Positions 42,571 through 55,481 of a stretch of DNA of 64,000 nt are shown here, one piece after another. Positions within the stretch are counted from its first letter, which is position 1, and the number at the start of each line of letters is the position of its first letter. The position numbers were made by a program, and so were the translations under genes. The DNA lies in NCBI GenBank assembly GCA_012295275.1, contig CM022665.1, positions 17,732,001-17,796,000 on the forward strand. Reading direction: 5' to 3'. The notes under the pieces are model-generated. The model was not told where the DNA came from, did not search any database, and worked only from the letters and a program-made list of their open reading frames with translations. Source of the DNA: Chrysomallon squamiferum (lineage: Eukaryota > Animalia > Mollusca).

Positions 42571-43489
42571 TTTAACTCAAAATTGCAGGAAAAAATCATT
42601 CAGAGAGTGGGTAGTAACAGAGCACAGTAAACTGTTTTCAGCGAAATTTTATTCTGGTGCAGTCTGCTCACAATTGTCATTTTTAAGGTCTTATTCTGAA
42701 GTGAGATTGTTTCTCACAAAGATTATTTCATACGGTGTCAAAATATGTGCTGCAAACATGCAATTTATTTTATATTTTGTTTTACTTTGATAATTATGTA
42801 AAGCCCAAGTTGGTAAAATTATTAATTTGCCTGAAATTTTCAGAGATTTTATATAATTCCAAAAGGAATTAGATTTTATGCCTAACACCTGAATATGTGT
42901 ATATCTGTATCTTCGTGTGTATTTATGTATGTTCAGAGTTCGAAATAAGTAGCTAAATTGCTCAGTAACTTTAGGTACCGGCATCAAAAATTTGATCTTG
43001 AACAATAACTCTCAAAAGACTGAGTTCACCTGCAGGACACGATAGAGAACACCTCACCAACCTCTTCTGACAGAGCACTGTGCTTATAAAACTAAGTATT
43101 TTTCAGTTCTTATTTCTCATTGGAATTGTTAAGTTCTTGACTTATCCAGTTTCCTCATGCAGCCATTTTAAGTTAACAACATTCAACACGTGTCTATTTA
43201 TAGGTTCTCTTTATATTCATTTCTTTCAACTGTTTTATTTTATTTTTTTTCGTCTCAAGAAAAGCTTTTATTAAAAGATATGCAAGTATTCACCCGAATA
43301 AACTGAAATATAGGCCAAAAACAAATTAATGTTAAGGTCAAACAAAAACTGATTAAAACCAGCCAAACAGCGATCACAAATTACCTCCCTTGAAATAGCT
43401 AATATGAACTTCCTTGGACAAAATAAAAATAAAAATTATCATCTGGAACTGAGAACAACAACAACAACAAAATAATAATAATAAAACTA

Positions 43490-43525
<36 letters not shown>

Positions 43526-45270
43526 AATAAAATTAATAAATAAATAAATAAACATTAAAATTAAATAAATAAATAAAACTAAAAAATATAAATGGAAAAA
43601 AAGAAAAAAAAAAAAGTTTTATCATTCCCTTTGCTATTCATGTATCAGTTTATTCTTTTATTTTCAGAATTCACAACCCATCCCCTATCCACTTGCTTTG
43701 TGAGAACATATATCGATGTCGAAGTTCATGCCTGACTAATGAGTGGTCACCGTTTAACGTGTCTCGCGAATTTGGCATGATGTCATCAGAAAAATCTCCG
43801 TGTCATATAAAGCGCAGAAATTGCTCTTTTCAAACATTACACAGGACAAACTGCTCTAACTTGAATATTCAAATATAAGAGAGTTAGTCTACACTTTCAA
43901 GTGAGCGAAAATTTATAAACTGTAATAAAGGTTCCTCATATTACTATACAAACCAATGTCTGCTGAATTCACAAGACACCACCTAAAAACTAAAATCTTA
44001 ATACGCCATCTATTAGCTTGTTTAAATTTATAAACCGTGTAATTTAAGATTTCGCAACATTCAGTGACGTAGAAAGGTGTGTTTGTTACAGTTACTTCCC
44101 TTTATCACACAGCCAATTGACAGATCATTTTAAAGGCTGTCTTGCCACGTCTTACTCCATCCAGGGTGTCAAACCAAGACGAAGTACTATAAATCTGAAA
44201 TTTTGATGCTCTTTTCATTTCGCATCTACATTCAAATAACTTTAAAGGCTTTCTTAGACAGAGGATTGACTGAATTGTTATTACAAAATAATTGAGAATA
44301 TATATCATCATGATCATCATGTTTATTATTATTATTATTATTTTATTTTATTTTCTTCTAATTCGCTGATATAACAAATACAATGTAGTCGTACATACCG
44401 GTGCTACAAGAAGAAGTCCAAGTTCTGATGACGATGGTGATAATGGTGGTATTCATGATGATGATGATGATAATGATTATTATTATTATTATTATTATAT
44501 TAAAATAAATGATTAAGATTGAAAATAAGTAAGTAATAAAGTAATTAAGTAAGTAAGTAAATAAATCAATAAATAATTACATTTTCTTCGTTCTTCCCTG
44601 CATTTTTGTAGTTGTTATTATTTAAGCAGTTTGTTTCTTCAAATGTAAGAATCAAAAGCTACAGAGGGGTCATTTTCGAAGTTTAATTTTTTTTAAAATG
44701 AGATTATGACATATCTTTATTTACCAAATGGTAAACTATGAAACCGTGTAACAATATATATCTGAAAGCTGTGGGTAATTTATATATGACTGAGCATAGG
44801 AAAATCCTAATTTTTAACATATATGAAACAAAAAAATTGAAATATTATTTAACTAAATGAAGAGAAAGAAGATGAACAACAACAGAAAGAAAATCAACAA
44901 ACATTTGAGTCATTTCTTCATTGATCATCCTCGTTTCTGATACATGAGCATTAACGTTGAGTAACGGCTTTTATTAACTGCAGATAAAGATTGAGAATGT
45001 TCATCTTGCTTGTATTTGGTGTCAAAATACTCAGCATGACTTAGAGATGTGAACTAATTTTTAACTACATTATTCTAATAAAAACAGTGGAAGCAGATTA
45101 GATGCATTTTATGTTCGACCTTCATTCCAGGCGAGCGTAAAACAATAATAATACGTTTCAGACCATCAGATGTTTAACGTTTTAACGTCAGTGAACGTAT
45201 TACTTAATTTCGTAGATTTAAAAATAAACTGAAAGTTATTTGAGATTAAAAAAAAGAAAGAAAGAAAGAA

Positions 45271-45330
<60 letters not shown>

Positions 45331-46720
45331 AATAAAAATAAATATAAATGAAAATTTATAAAAAAGCCCTGATCCAGGGATTAAATTAAGAGTTCTCTTT
45401 GCAGACAGACAAATACACATACTGACAGAAACACAATACACACACACAAACACAAATATGTACAAACAGAGAAAAACACATCATAAAAATAATAATAATG
45501 ACAATACTGTTACTACTACTACTACTACTACTGCTACTACTACTATTACTACTGGAACTACTGCTATTGCAACTGCAACTGCAACTACTACTACTACAAC
45601 TACTGCAACTACTACTAATAAATAAATGAAATGAACAATCGATGTCATAGTGGAGGAAGAACACTCAGAGATACACATACAGATACACATCATAATAAAT
45701 AAATAAAATTTGAAATGAGCAGTCGATGTCATAGCCTCGCTCAGTATCATACACATGAAAATAATGAATGTCCTGAACTAACAATTAAATTTATTAAAAA
45801 TGAATCAAGTATAATCTAGTCTTAAACCATTATTAATAACCTGTAACTTTATCCACTGATTTCTTCTATTATCATCACAAATCATTCTGCGCCATCGTAC
45901 TCCAAATCAGGATTTGACGCCTTTTGCAAATTACATTTCACAACACTGAGCTAAACATCCTGGATATTGCTCCCGTACGTCCGTCCGTCTGTGTCTGTGA
46001 GGCACAGCTGTATTTTGATATGAATAAGTAGATGTCTGTTCATTTAACACGGTTTAATATTATCTTATTAATTCTTGTTAGTGAGTGAACATAACGTGCT
46101 AATCAGAGCAAGCTGTTGTGAAGCACACTTAATTCTAGTCATTCGATACCCATTTTTATATTAACAGTTTGTTAATGTTAGTCAACGTGAAAGTAATGGC
46201 GGTGTTAGAAAAGACACTTCCGGTCACAGCCGAGGTCTGCCCTGACCACCTGAGTGTTTGTGTTCGTATATTTTGTTAGACAGTTCTTATAACACGTTTA
46301 TAAGACGAATAATTTTACTTCAGATCTTAATGAGTATCTTCTTAATGAAATTACCTCCAGTACACACGAGAGTTTGTTTGCTAACAATAATTATATCAGT
46401 AACGATAAACTCTCCTCCGGCAATTACTCGTGTGTTGAAAGTTCAAAATAGTATTTGACGTACCTTTAATTTATTATTATTGTTATTATTATTATTATTA
46501 TCATTGTTGTTATTATTATTATTTTATTATAAGTATAAATAATAGTTCATATACACATACATAAACACATCTCACTGAAATGCATGGTTGATTCTGAAAT
46601 ATACATCATTGGTTGGAACGGGAATTTGTACGTGGAGTGTGCAGAAAGAATTATTTTACAGTATCTTTAAAGTAAATCATAACAAACATGTCAGCATAAC
46701 TCACATAAACGTACTGAAAC

Positions 46721-46752
<32 letters not shown>

Positions 46753-47165
46753 TTAAATTTACCTTAGGAGGAACTGGATAGTCTGTCATTATGTTTGTAT
46801 CAGTGCTCAAGCACGCCCAGCAAGGGCACTAAATCTACGTATTCTTGTAATTTATGAAATATATAAATATCTAGTTCTAAGTCTGTCTGTCTGTCTGGTC
46901 GGCTAAATAAATCCATTCTGGTTTCACTCCATAGTCTTCCAAACTTTCTGAATCTGCCCTCACTACTTCTTAAATTCAGAACCCCATATTTGTCATAGAA
47001 CTCACCCCCCCCCCAATCTGACTAGCCCACCCTCACTAAAGCAAAAGATTTATTCATTCAACAGCTGCGTTTGTTATTATTGAAAGGTGCACATAATTAC
47101 GAGATAGCGATCTCCTGTAAAAATTACCAGTAACACAAACGTGTATGTCCTGGTTACCAGGAGAA

Positions 47166-47228
47166 TATATATAGAACTGATATTAATGTAAACTGTTATA
47201 GAATCAGTACAGTGCACTATCGTACAAG
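47166..47228 (+). promoter_or_regulatory. Putative core promoter and non-coding exon 1 of the secreted-peptide gene
   Basis: TATATATAG at 47166, TCAGT initiator-like motif at 47204, consensus donor AAG|GTAAGT at 47229. The ATG at 48332 directly follows a splice acceptor, which implies an upstream UTR exon. Confidence 0.6.
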
Positions 47229-47467
47229 GTAAGTTTGTCTGTTTGTTCTTCCGTCCGTATGTATGTATGTACACTTGTATGCGTAATTTGAATATTATTT
47301 ATCCTTTCGTCTTCTTTCAAGACGTGGTTTAGGTGATAGTAGTAATAGTAGTTGTAGTAGAAGTAGTATTTGTAGTAGTAGTAGTAGTAGTAGTAGTAAT
47401 AGCTGGTATAGACATAATGGTTGAATATTGTATGCACGTACTGAATGATTTATCTGGCAAGCATGGA

Positions 47468-47490
47468 TTCCAATGTCGGGAATTGAACTC
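47468..47490 (-). pseudogene. tRNA-Glu 3' fragment
   Basis: ttccaatgtcgggaattgaactc matches the acceptor/T-arm end of 42499-42521. Confidence 0.5.
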
Positions 47491-47837
47491 ATCATAGTCC
47501 TTCTCGTCGTCGTCATCATCATCATCATCATTATTATTACTATTATCATGTTGTTGTTGCTGTTGGCGATAATAATATATTTCAATCTTAATGTGCAGCT
47601 TTGAGGACTGAAAAACGGGAGAAACATACTGTGAAAGATTCATTGCTATTGCTTTAACAACGACACTAGCTATCAATGTTTGTTAATAATAAAGTATGGC
47701 AATAAAATATACTATGATGAAATCTAACAATGAGTAAAGATTTTTAGAGATTGCGTGAATAGATTAGATATATCTTCAGAAAAACAACAACCAGAATTTT
47801 AATGACGTAATGATAAAAATATAAATAATTAAATTAA

Positions 47838-47909
47838 TTGCTATGCCGAGAATTGAACACGAGCCACCTGCGTGAAATTCAAGGATCCTAACCACAAAAC
47901 CACATCAGA
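47838..47909 (-). pseudogene. tRNA-Glu pseudogene in intron 1 of the peptide gene
   Basis: 72-nt colinear degenerate copy of 42499-42570; shares the flank gtttg(c/t)taataataaag. Confidence 0.8.
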
Positions 47910-48170
47910 TAAAACACAATACTTTTAACAGTACTGGTAGAACATTAATTCATATTACTTCATCGCAGTATTGTCATTATTATTCTTGTTACTGTAATGT
48001 TGTCGTTGTTCATGATGAAGATATATTTAAAGTTTAATGTGAATGATTCACTGTTATTTTTAATTTTGTTACTAGTTATAAGTGTTTGCTAATAATAAAG
48101 TACAATTTTAAAATAATTTTATACTATCAAGAAATAAAATAAAATTCAAAAATAAATAAAAATTACCTAA

Positions 48171-48226
48171 TTCCGATGTCAGGTGAAAGCGAAAGCCAAG
48201 TATCCGAACCACCTGACCACATCGGA
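48171..48226 (-). pseudogene. Internally deleted tRNA-Glu pseudogene
   Basis: ttccgatg...gaaagcc...accacatcgga retains both acceptor-stem halves but lacks the T arm. Confidence 0.7.
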
Positions 48227-48331
48227 TGGTGAATATAAAATGAAATAAAGTGAACTAGTGGATATATATATGCGTGTGTGTGTGTGTGTGTTGTTATCTG
48301 AAAAGTGACTTTATGGTTTTGATTTTCATAG

Positions 48332-48512
48332 ATGAATAAAGCAGGAATTTTGTTGCTGTTGGTGTTGGTGTCAATGACGGCGAGTGACGCATGGCTAATA
48401 CGCCGCGTCAAGCGGTTCATCAAGAGAACTCTGAATCCGTTTCGTTCCCGACGTCGAGTGATCATAGTTCCTCCTTACTATCATCCTTACTATTATTCCC
48501 CGGGGAAACGTG
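48332..48512 (+). CDS. Secreted cationic peptide precursor, coding exon 1: signal MNKAGILLLLVLVSMTASDA + WLIRRVKRFIKRTLNPFRSRRRVIIVPPYYHPYYYSP-GKR
   Basis: Acceptor ttttcatag|ATG, hydrophobic core with an S-D-A cleavage site, 10 K/R and no D/E in the 37-mer, G-K-R processing signal, donor G|GTAAGT (phase 1). Confidence 0.88.
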
Positions 48513-48927
48513 GTAAGTATTTCATTTGTTTATTTATTTATTTTATCTTTAAAAAAAAAAATATATATATATATAAAGAAGATTTTAAAACGAATCCCGA
48601 ACTTTTCAAAATTTATTGTACAATTGCAAGAATAAGTTAAACTGAAAAAATATTTCCAAATTTCTGGTTTTCGATAACGATAAAATACGAGGATAAAATA
48701 AGAAATGAAGGTTTCTTTATTGACGTCACTTTGTACATAGAACAGAGAATAAAACACGCCAATTTACCATATCTAACCCAATCTTTAAAATAAAATAAAA
48801 ATCTAAGAAAGGAAACAAAACAAAAAAAACAAAAATACAAGAAGAAAGGCAATTCCTTGCAACTATATACAATACATTCAGGTTATTTGTTAGTGCGCAT
48901 AATTATTTTAATATTTGTTTTGGACAG

Positions 48928-49041
48928 AGGTTTCAGAGATTGATTTGAACGAGGACGGAATTTTAGACTCATCCGAGTTAACACAGTCTGGTATGAACGA
49001 GAGAGACGTACAGGATTTGAGAGAACTTCTCAATCTGGACG
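48928..49041 (+). CDS. Peptide precursor coding exon 2: acidic EF-hand propiece EVSEIDLNEDGILDSSELTQSGMNERDVQDLRELLNLD
   Basis: Acceptor ggacag (in-frame alternative tttcag at 48936), donor GTAAGG, 114 nt, phase 1-1. DLNEDGILDSSE fits the 12-residue EF-hand loop D-x-N-x-D-G-x-L-D-x-x-E. Confidence 0.88.
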
Positions 49042-49494
49042 GTAAGGGCAGTTACGAAAAAAAAATAAAAAAAATAAATAAATAAATAAACAAATAAATA
49101 AAAACAGTTACATGGGATACGGGACGGATATGTGGGAATTATCCACTTATTACTTGAATTATTACATTTCACAAAGATAAATAACAATTTTATGTTGGTC
49201 ATAAATCTTACATAAATCTCATTTCTAGATCCGATCCTTTATATAATTAATTTAAAATATATTTTAGGAAATTAATGGCCTGCTAACACATTATTTTTAC
49301 ATGATTTATATCCCCACTTCTCAAAATGTTGGACCATCACTGATGTGTAATAATATGTACGTATTAGCTCTTGTATTTTTACAACACATAAACAATTATG
49401 CTGGTCTCCAAACATCTATACAGATTGCTAATCATTACTTTGAAGACTTCTATTATTTTAGGTAGTTTTAATTATGTGGTTTGTTTTGTTACAG

Positions 49495-49550
49495 GTAAAT
49501 CCGACATCAAGGTGAATGACGTGAAGAGAGCACTGGAGATGTTAGATTAA
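49495..49550 (+). CDS. Peptide precursor coding exon 3 (GKSDIKVNDVKRALEMLD*)
   Basis: Acceptor ttttgttacag, in frame, TAA at 49548-49550. The three exons sum to 351 nt = 116 aa + stop. Confidence 0.82.
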
Positions 49551-49799
49551 TAATCCAGTAAAAACTCTGAGGTACGTGCTGTCTGTTATCCAATAAAACA
49601 TATAAATACACTGTTATTAATATTAATATCACATAACCACTCTCAGTGGCTTTAGACTAATAAGTAACGGGATCAGTTATCAGAACAGGAACTCACAGAT
49701 AATCAGTGAGGAATATAAAACCACACCGTCTTCTCTGCAACTGATCTTCTAACATACTGGCAATGGTAGTTGATCCAGGTTCAACGACAACTACACGCT

Positions 49800-50190
49800 C
49801 TTCTCTTTTACTAATCCTTTAACAGTTTCACTAATTCTTATATGCTTTAACCTTTCTCTTTAGTCCCTAACTAATCCTTTAATACTGTTTTTTTTTTTTT
49901 TTTTTCGGGGGGGTTGTTGTTGTTTTTACTGATCCTTTGACATACTTTTTATTAATCAGTTAGCACTTTTTAACTAATTTTTTTAATATTCTTTAGTTAA
50001 TCGTTTAACAATATTAAAATAATCTTTTAACACTTTTTATTAACCCTGTAATACAGTTGAACTAATTCTTTTCACTAATCCTTTGTGACATTTTAATTAA
50101 TTCTCTAATAGTTTAACTAATCCGTTTACATTCATTCAATAATCCACTATCAAATTTTAAGTAATCATCTACCTCTTTAACTAACACATC
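49800..50190. repeat. About 21-bp minisatellite (ttactaatcctttaac) in the 3'-UTR intron of the peptide gene
   Basis: Visible periodicity. Confidence 0.7.
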
Positions 50191-50330
50191 TTAAATATTC
50201 ATATATATTTCGGTCGTCCACGAACAATAATTGTTTTGTATTTTCTTTCAGTCTTTTTTTCTTTTATTATTTATTATTTTTATTGCTGTTATTTCTTCTA
50301 ATATACAAATATTTAAAAAATTATTTTCAG

Positions 50331-50400
50331 GTTATTGTATTCACAAAAGACTTCAAAGAAGTAAATGAAGATGAAATAAATAAAAGTTATATAAAAAGTT
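50331..50400 (+). other. Probable terminal non-coding exon of the peptide gene with polyadenylation signal
   Basis: Donor GAG|GTACGT at 49572 (21 nt after the stop), acceptor ttattttcag at 50330, AATAAA at 50375. Confidence 0.55.
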
Positions 50401-50782
50401 CTCTGGTTTATATCTGTTTATTTTAGATATCTCCTCTCCCAATTACTAAGGTCTGATTTCAATTTTGTATGGTAATTCTAAACGCAGTTAACTTTAATAT
50501 TTTCAGTTATTTAATAGCCATTATTTAGTTTTAAGTGTGCGGCCATTTTCAAGATATGACCAATATTATGATGTAGAGGTTAGGATTAAAAAAAAAATAA
50601 AAAAAAAAAAAAAATCCCCCGAAACAAACAATCCTTTCTTTCGACTTATTTTATTATTTTATTTATTTTTTAATTTATTACTTAAGATAATTAAGAAAAC
50701 TAAAATATAATGAAATAAAAATTCTAGAATCCAATTATTTACAGGCTACAGTGTACAGTTGTTTAATTAATTTGGTGTTTTG

Positions 50783-50848
<66 letters not shown>

Positions 50849-51686
50849 AAGAACAAATTAAAAAAAATTAATAATAAATGGGTTTGAGAATAATATACAG
50901 AAACAACAGTATGATAACATAAGATGGAGTTTCTGAATTTGAATTTGATTTTGAATTTATTATTATAAAATGAACAACAGTCATATTACAAAGTTTATTT
51001 ATAGATATAAAAAATAATAGTCATTTAGTAAAGGATTAAAAAACTGTTGGTGAAGATCTAGAAATGTTTAGGTGGGGGTGTTTACCTATTTGAAAAAAAA
51101 AAAAAAATAATAATATATATACGAGAGACCATACTCTTTCACGATTTCCACCTGTACGTTTCAGTTTTCCTGTAATTGTTCAGTGAACTACATATATTAA
51201 TTAAATTAATTTTGCACATTTTACGGTATAAAATCTAGACTCATCAAGTGTCATCATATTTAATTAATGTCCGCGATATTAAGTTCCGGTTATGGCGGCC
51301 TGAGAACGGAAGTGAGAAAGTGTTATATATATGTGAAGAGATGCGTTATCGTTAGTGATTGTATCTCACTTATAACGTTATTCATTTCGCCAAACTATAA
51401 ATGAAAAGTACAAATAAGGCCACGTAAACAAACGTTTTGTTTGTCATAGATGTTGTCGATGAATTGTAAATAATTTAATTATCTATTTTAAAAAACGAAA
51501 CAAACAATGATAATTTTTTTTTATAATTTTTCTCCAAAAGGGTGCATCACTACAAAGAAAAAATAAATTAAAAATAATTTTTATTATCATCATCATCATC
51601 ATTATTATTGTTGTTATTACTTTGAAATTAGATTATGGACATGACATGATTTTTGATATCAATGCAAAGGAGAAAAAAACCCACAC

Positions 51687-51717
<31 letters not shown>

Positions 51718-52011
51718 TAAAAATAAAAATAAAAATAAAAATAAAAATAAAAATAAATAAATAAAATAAAATAAAAATAAAAGATCAAAATAATATAAAT
51801 CAATCAATCAATCAATAAATAGTTTAATATTATTTTCTCCAAGACGAAATTAAAATATCCAAGATTTGATTATGAGTTGAATCCATCGACAGTACCGGTA
51901 CCGGACCAATTAGAGTTTATTACACAAAAAAAAAATTCACGTCAAAAGATGATTTGATCCAAGCAGTCCAAATCAGTTTTTCAAGTTTACCATGTCTCCT
52001 ACTAATCTTTA

Positions 52012-52042
<31 letters not shown>

Positions 52043-52839
52043 TTTTTATTATTTATTTTAAATAAAGATTTAGTTCAAAATGATATTATAATAACACGGA
52101 AATGATTAATATTCTCTATTTTTTTGTGTGGAAATATATATTATATCTATTTCTTACGTGACAATAAACCAGTAAATGTTTAGTAATTTTTTGTAATTTT
52201 AAATTACAGTGAGTTTTTGATATTTTACTACTACTGTTACTACTGTTATTGATTTTGTTGTTACTATCATCACCATTACTACTACTACTTCTAGTACAGT
52301 AATTGTTCCAATCTGTTATTTATAAACTGTCAGTAATTTCATTGTGTATACACGTATGCATACAAAACTGAAAAAAAAAAAAAAAAAAAAGAAAAATGAA
52401 GAAGCAACATTTCTTTTCAAAAACGTGCACTTTTAACAAAATAAGACAATTTCGAAATAAATGTTTTAGTATGACATAATGCAATCACTGAGCATTAAAA
52501 CAAAACTAAATTATTGTTCATTCACAGATACCTGCACCAGTCACAGTCTTAACACTATATTTAAAACAAACAAAAAACAATACATTTTACAATAAACAGT
52601 AACAGTAGCGAGGAAAATAGTTACTTTACGTCAGTGACATTCTTTAATAATCCTGCCCTAATATATATTGGATAATTAACATCTATTGTCATCCGATAAA
52701 TACTGTGTTTACTTTTCAATTCAGTATTAACAGAAACACACAGACAAAATAATTACTAAATACAAAAAATACAACAAACAAACAAACAAACAAACAAATA
52801 TATGAATAAAAGCAAAATTAAAATATTAAAGTAAACATT

Positions 52840-53109
52840 AATCAAAATTCGATTTACTCAAATTCATTGCAAAAATGTTTATATTTTCCTGTTATTGTTA
52901 TTATTTATTTACTTATTCAGTTAGTTATTTAGTTTTGTTGTAATAGTTATTGTTGTTGTTGTTATTATTATTATTATTATTATTATGATTTCAAATCACT
53001 TTCATAATTTCTGCAAAATTTATATCAACTAGGATCATGGTAAAAAGTTTTCTCAGCTCCATCTTCACAATTTTATATTTCAAACTGTTGATCCCGTCTT
53101 GATGAAAAC
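52840..53109 (-). pseudogene. Truncated duplicate of the last two exons of the GalNAc-transferase gene (FHQDGINSLKYKIVKMELRKLFTMILVDINFAEIMK | ENINIFAM...)
   Basis: 53040-53109 is identical by eye to 55960-56029; the rest is diverged. The exon 5' end and acceptor are missing. Confidence 0.85.
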
Positions 53110-53280
53110 ACGTTTGATTCACATGTCACCGAACAGTCAAAATAAAAATTTAGTTAAAATATAATAAAATTATATAAATATTGTTTTGTTTATAGCCACT
53201 AATAAAAGTAATTTTATTGAAGAAAAAGAAGAAGAATGACTAAATAATAATATTAATGGACAGAAAGAAACAGAAACAAA

Positions 53281-53311
53281 TTCAGATGCTGGGAACTGAA
53301 CCCGGGCCACT
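53281..53311 (-). pseudogene. tRNA-Glu 3' fragment
   Basis: ttcagatgctgggaactgaacccgggccac matches 42499-42528; same local context as the 41002 copy. Confidence 0.65.
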
Positions 53312-53463
53312 TTCGTGGAATAGGAAGTTAATAAGAATATTATGAAACTTACTTTGCATAATAGTTAATGCATGTTACGTAGATATGTTTAAAGTGTAAA
53401 CTGCTATGTGCAGACAGCACGAAACGTACAGTACACAACATAGATGTTCAATTACTTTGTTAT

Positions 53464-53513
<50 letters not shown>

Positions 53514-53798
53514 AAAAAAAAAAAAAGAAAAAGAAATGGGTTTGGGAATAATATATAAAAACACAAGTATGGTGACATAAGATAGAATTTCTGAATTTGA
53601 ATTAGAATTTATTATTATAAAATGAAAATAAAATTTATAAAAAATATATACACATAAATCTATCTATCTATCTCTCTATCTCTATACCGTTTTAGGCAGG
53701 GGTTTATGAACATAGTTAAAATTTGAAATGAAATAGGGGATGAAGGGTTTGTAGAAATGAAAAGTTCAGAAAAAATAATTTGAATAAATGCGTAAGTA

Positions 53799-53857
<59 letters not shown>

Positions 53858-54307
53858 ATACTTAATGTAAGCAATATAAAGTTCCTCTTATGGCGTTTTG
53901 AAAACGGAAATGTGGAAATAATATGAATGTGTAAAGAGATAGAGTTATCGTTACTGAGTGCATCTCGCCGATAACAACGTTATACAGTTCACCAGTTTTA
54001 AACATAAAATACAAAGGCGACGTAAGCAAACGTTTTGTTTATCATCCCATCCGTGATTAATGTTGCCTAATGAATTGTAAATAATTTGATTATAATTTTT
54101 TTTTTTTTTTTTTAAATAAGAAACAAACAATTATAATTTTAAAAATGGAAGAAAACATAAAAAAGAAAGAAAGAAGAGACTAATACAGCGCATTAGAAAA
54201 ATATATTATTAAATTATTGTTGTTGTTACTTTAAAATTCGATTATGGATATGACTAAATCCCTTCCGATTTTTATATGAACACCCGGGGGGGGGGAAATA
54301 ATAATAA

Positions 54308-54346
<39 letters not shown>

Positions 54347-55451
54347 AATAAATAAATAGCATAAATTTATTTTCTTCGAGGCTACGAAAGAAAAAGATCA
54401 AAGCTTTCATCATCAGCTGAATCTATCAACAGTATGGCCAATGTAAATAACCGAAATGTGCTGTATTACACACAAAAAAAGTGGTTTTAAATGAACCAAT
54501 CCAATTCCGTCTTTCAAGTTTATCATGTTTACTGTGATTTATAATAATCTTTTTATTTGTTATTTTATTTTATTATTTTATTTATTTTTTTAAAATATTT
54601 TTTCCTCCTTAATTTACATTTAATAACACGGAAATTATTCTTTTTCTTTTTTTATTGCAGGTAAAAAAAATAAAAAAAAATAGAAAAGACTCCATGTTCT
54701 GTGCATATTTAGTAATTCCTTTTATTTTTAAATTAGAGTGTGTTGTTATTTTACTATTACAACTACTGCAAAAGTTTTTATAACTACTATTATCTCTATT
54801 GTTATTAGTTACTGTAATTATTATTGATATTATTTTATTGTCATTGTTATTATCATTATTATTGTTGTTGCTATTAATAACATTATCATCATTATTATCA
54901 TCATGAATATTGTTATTACTACTAAAACTACTGCTACTGCTACAGTAATTTTTCCAATCAGTTATTTATAAATTATCAATAATTAATTTTCATTATGTAT
55001 GTATGTAAAAGTAAAAAAATTAAAAATTAAAAAAAAGGTACACCTTTAACAAAATAAGACAAAGTCTAAACATTAGAAATAAATGTTTTGATCTGATATA
55101 TTATAATCACAGAGCATTAACTACACTTCATTATTATTCATTGAAAATTAGCACGCACACTGGTACTTACAACTGTTTTAAGCCTATTGCCAACCCCCTT
55201 AAAAAAATGTATTTACAACAAATATTAACAGTAATGAGGAAAATATATTTACAGCCATTTTGTCATTTGTAAACATACATATTTGATAATCCTGCCACAA
55301 TAATTACTTGATAATTAACATTTTCTGTGATCTGATAAATATTAAACTCAGGAAAAGGTTGACTTTTTTTCTGTATTGTAACACTAAGACACACAGACAT
55401 AAACAATTACTAAATCCAAATTACTTTATTGACAAGAATGTTTCTGCAGTT

Positions 55452-55481
55452 TCATCTTAGAGGTGTGGTATTTATATCTTC
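55452..55481 (-). CDS. bre-4: beta-1,4-GalNAc-transferase probable terminal exon (EDINTTPLR*)
   Basis: Strong acceptor tttttttcag, phase 0, AATAAA at 55425-55430 (minus). Without this splice the protein would end IMKVI* at 55911. Confidence 0.55.
   Translation of the reverse strand, partial: EDINTTPLR

Noticed and set aside
46620-46630. GGGAATTTGT as an NF-kB site upstream of the peptide gene
   Set aside because: Lacks the terminal CC of GGGRNNYYCC; insufficient evidence.
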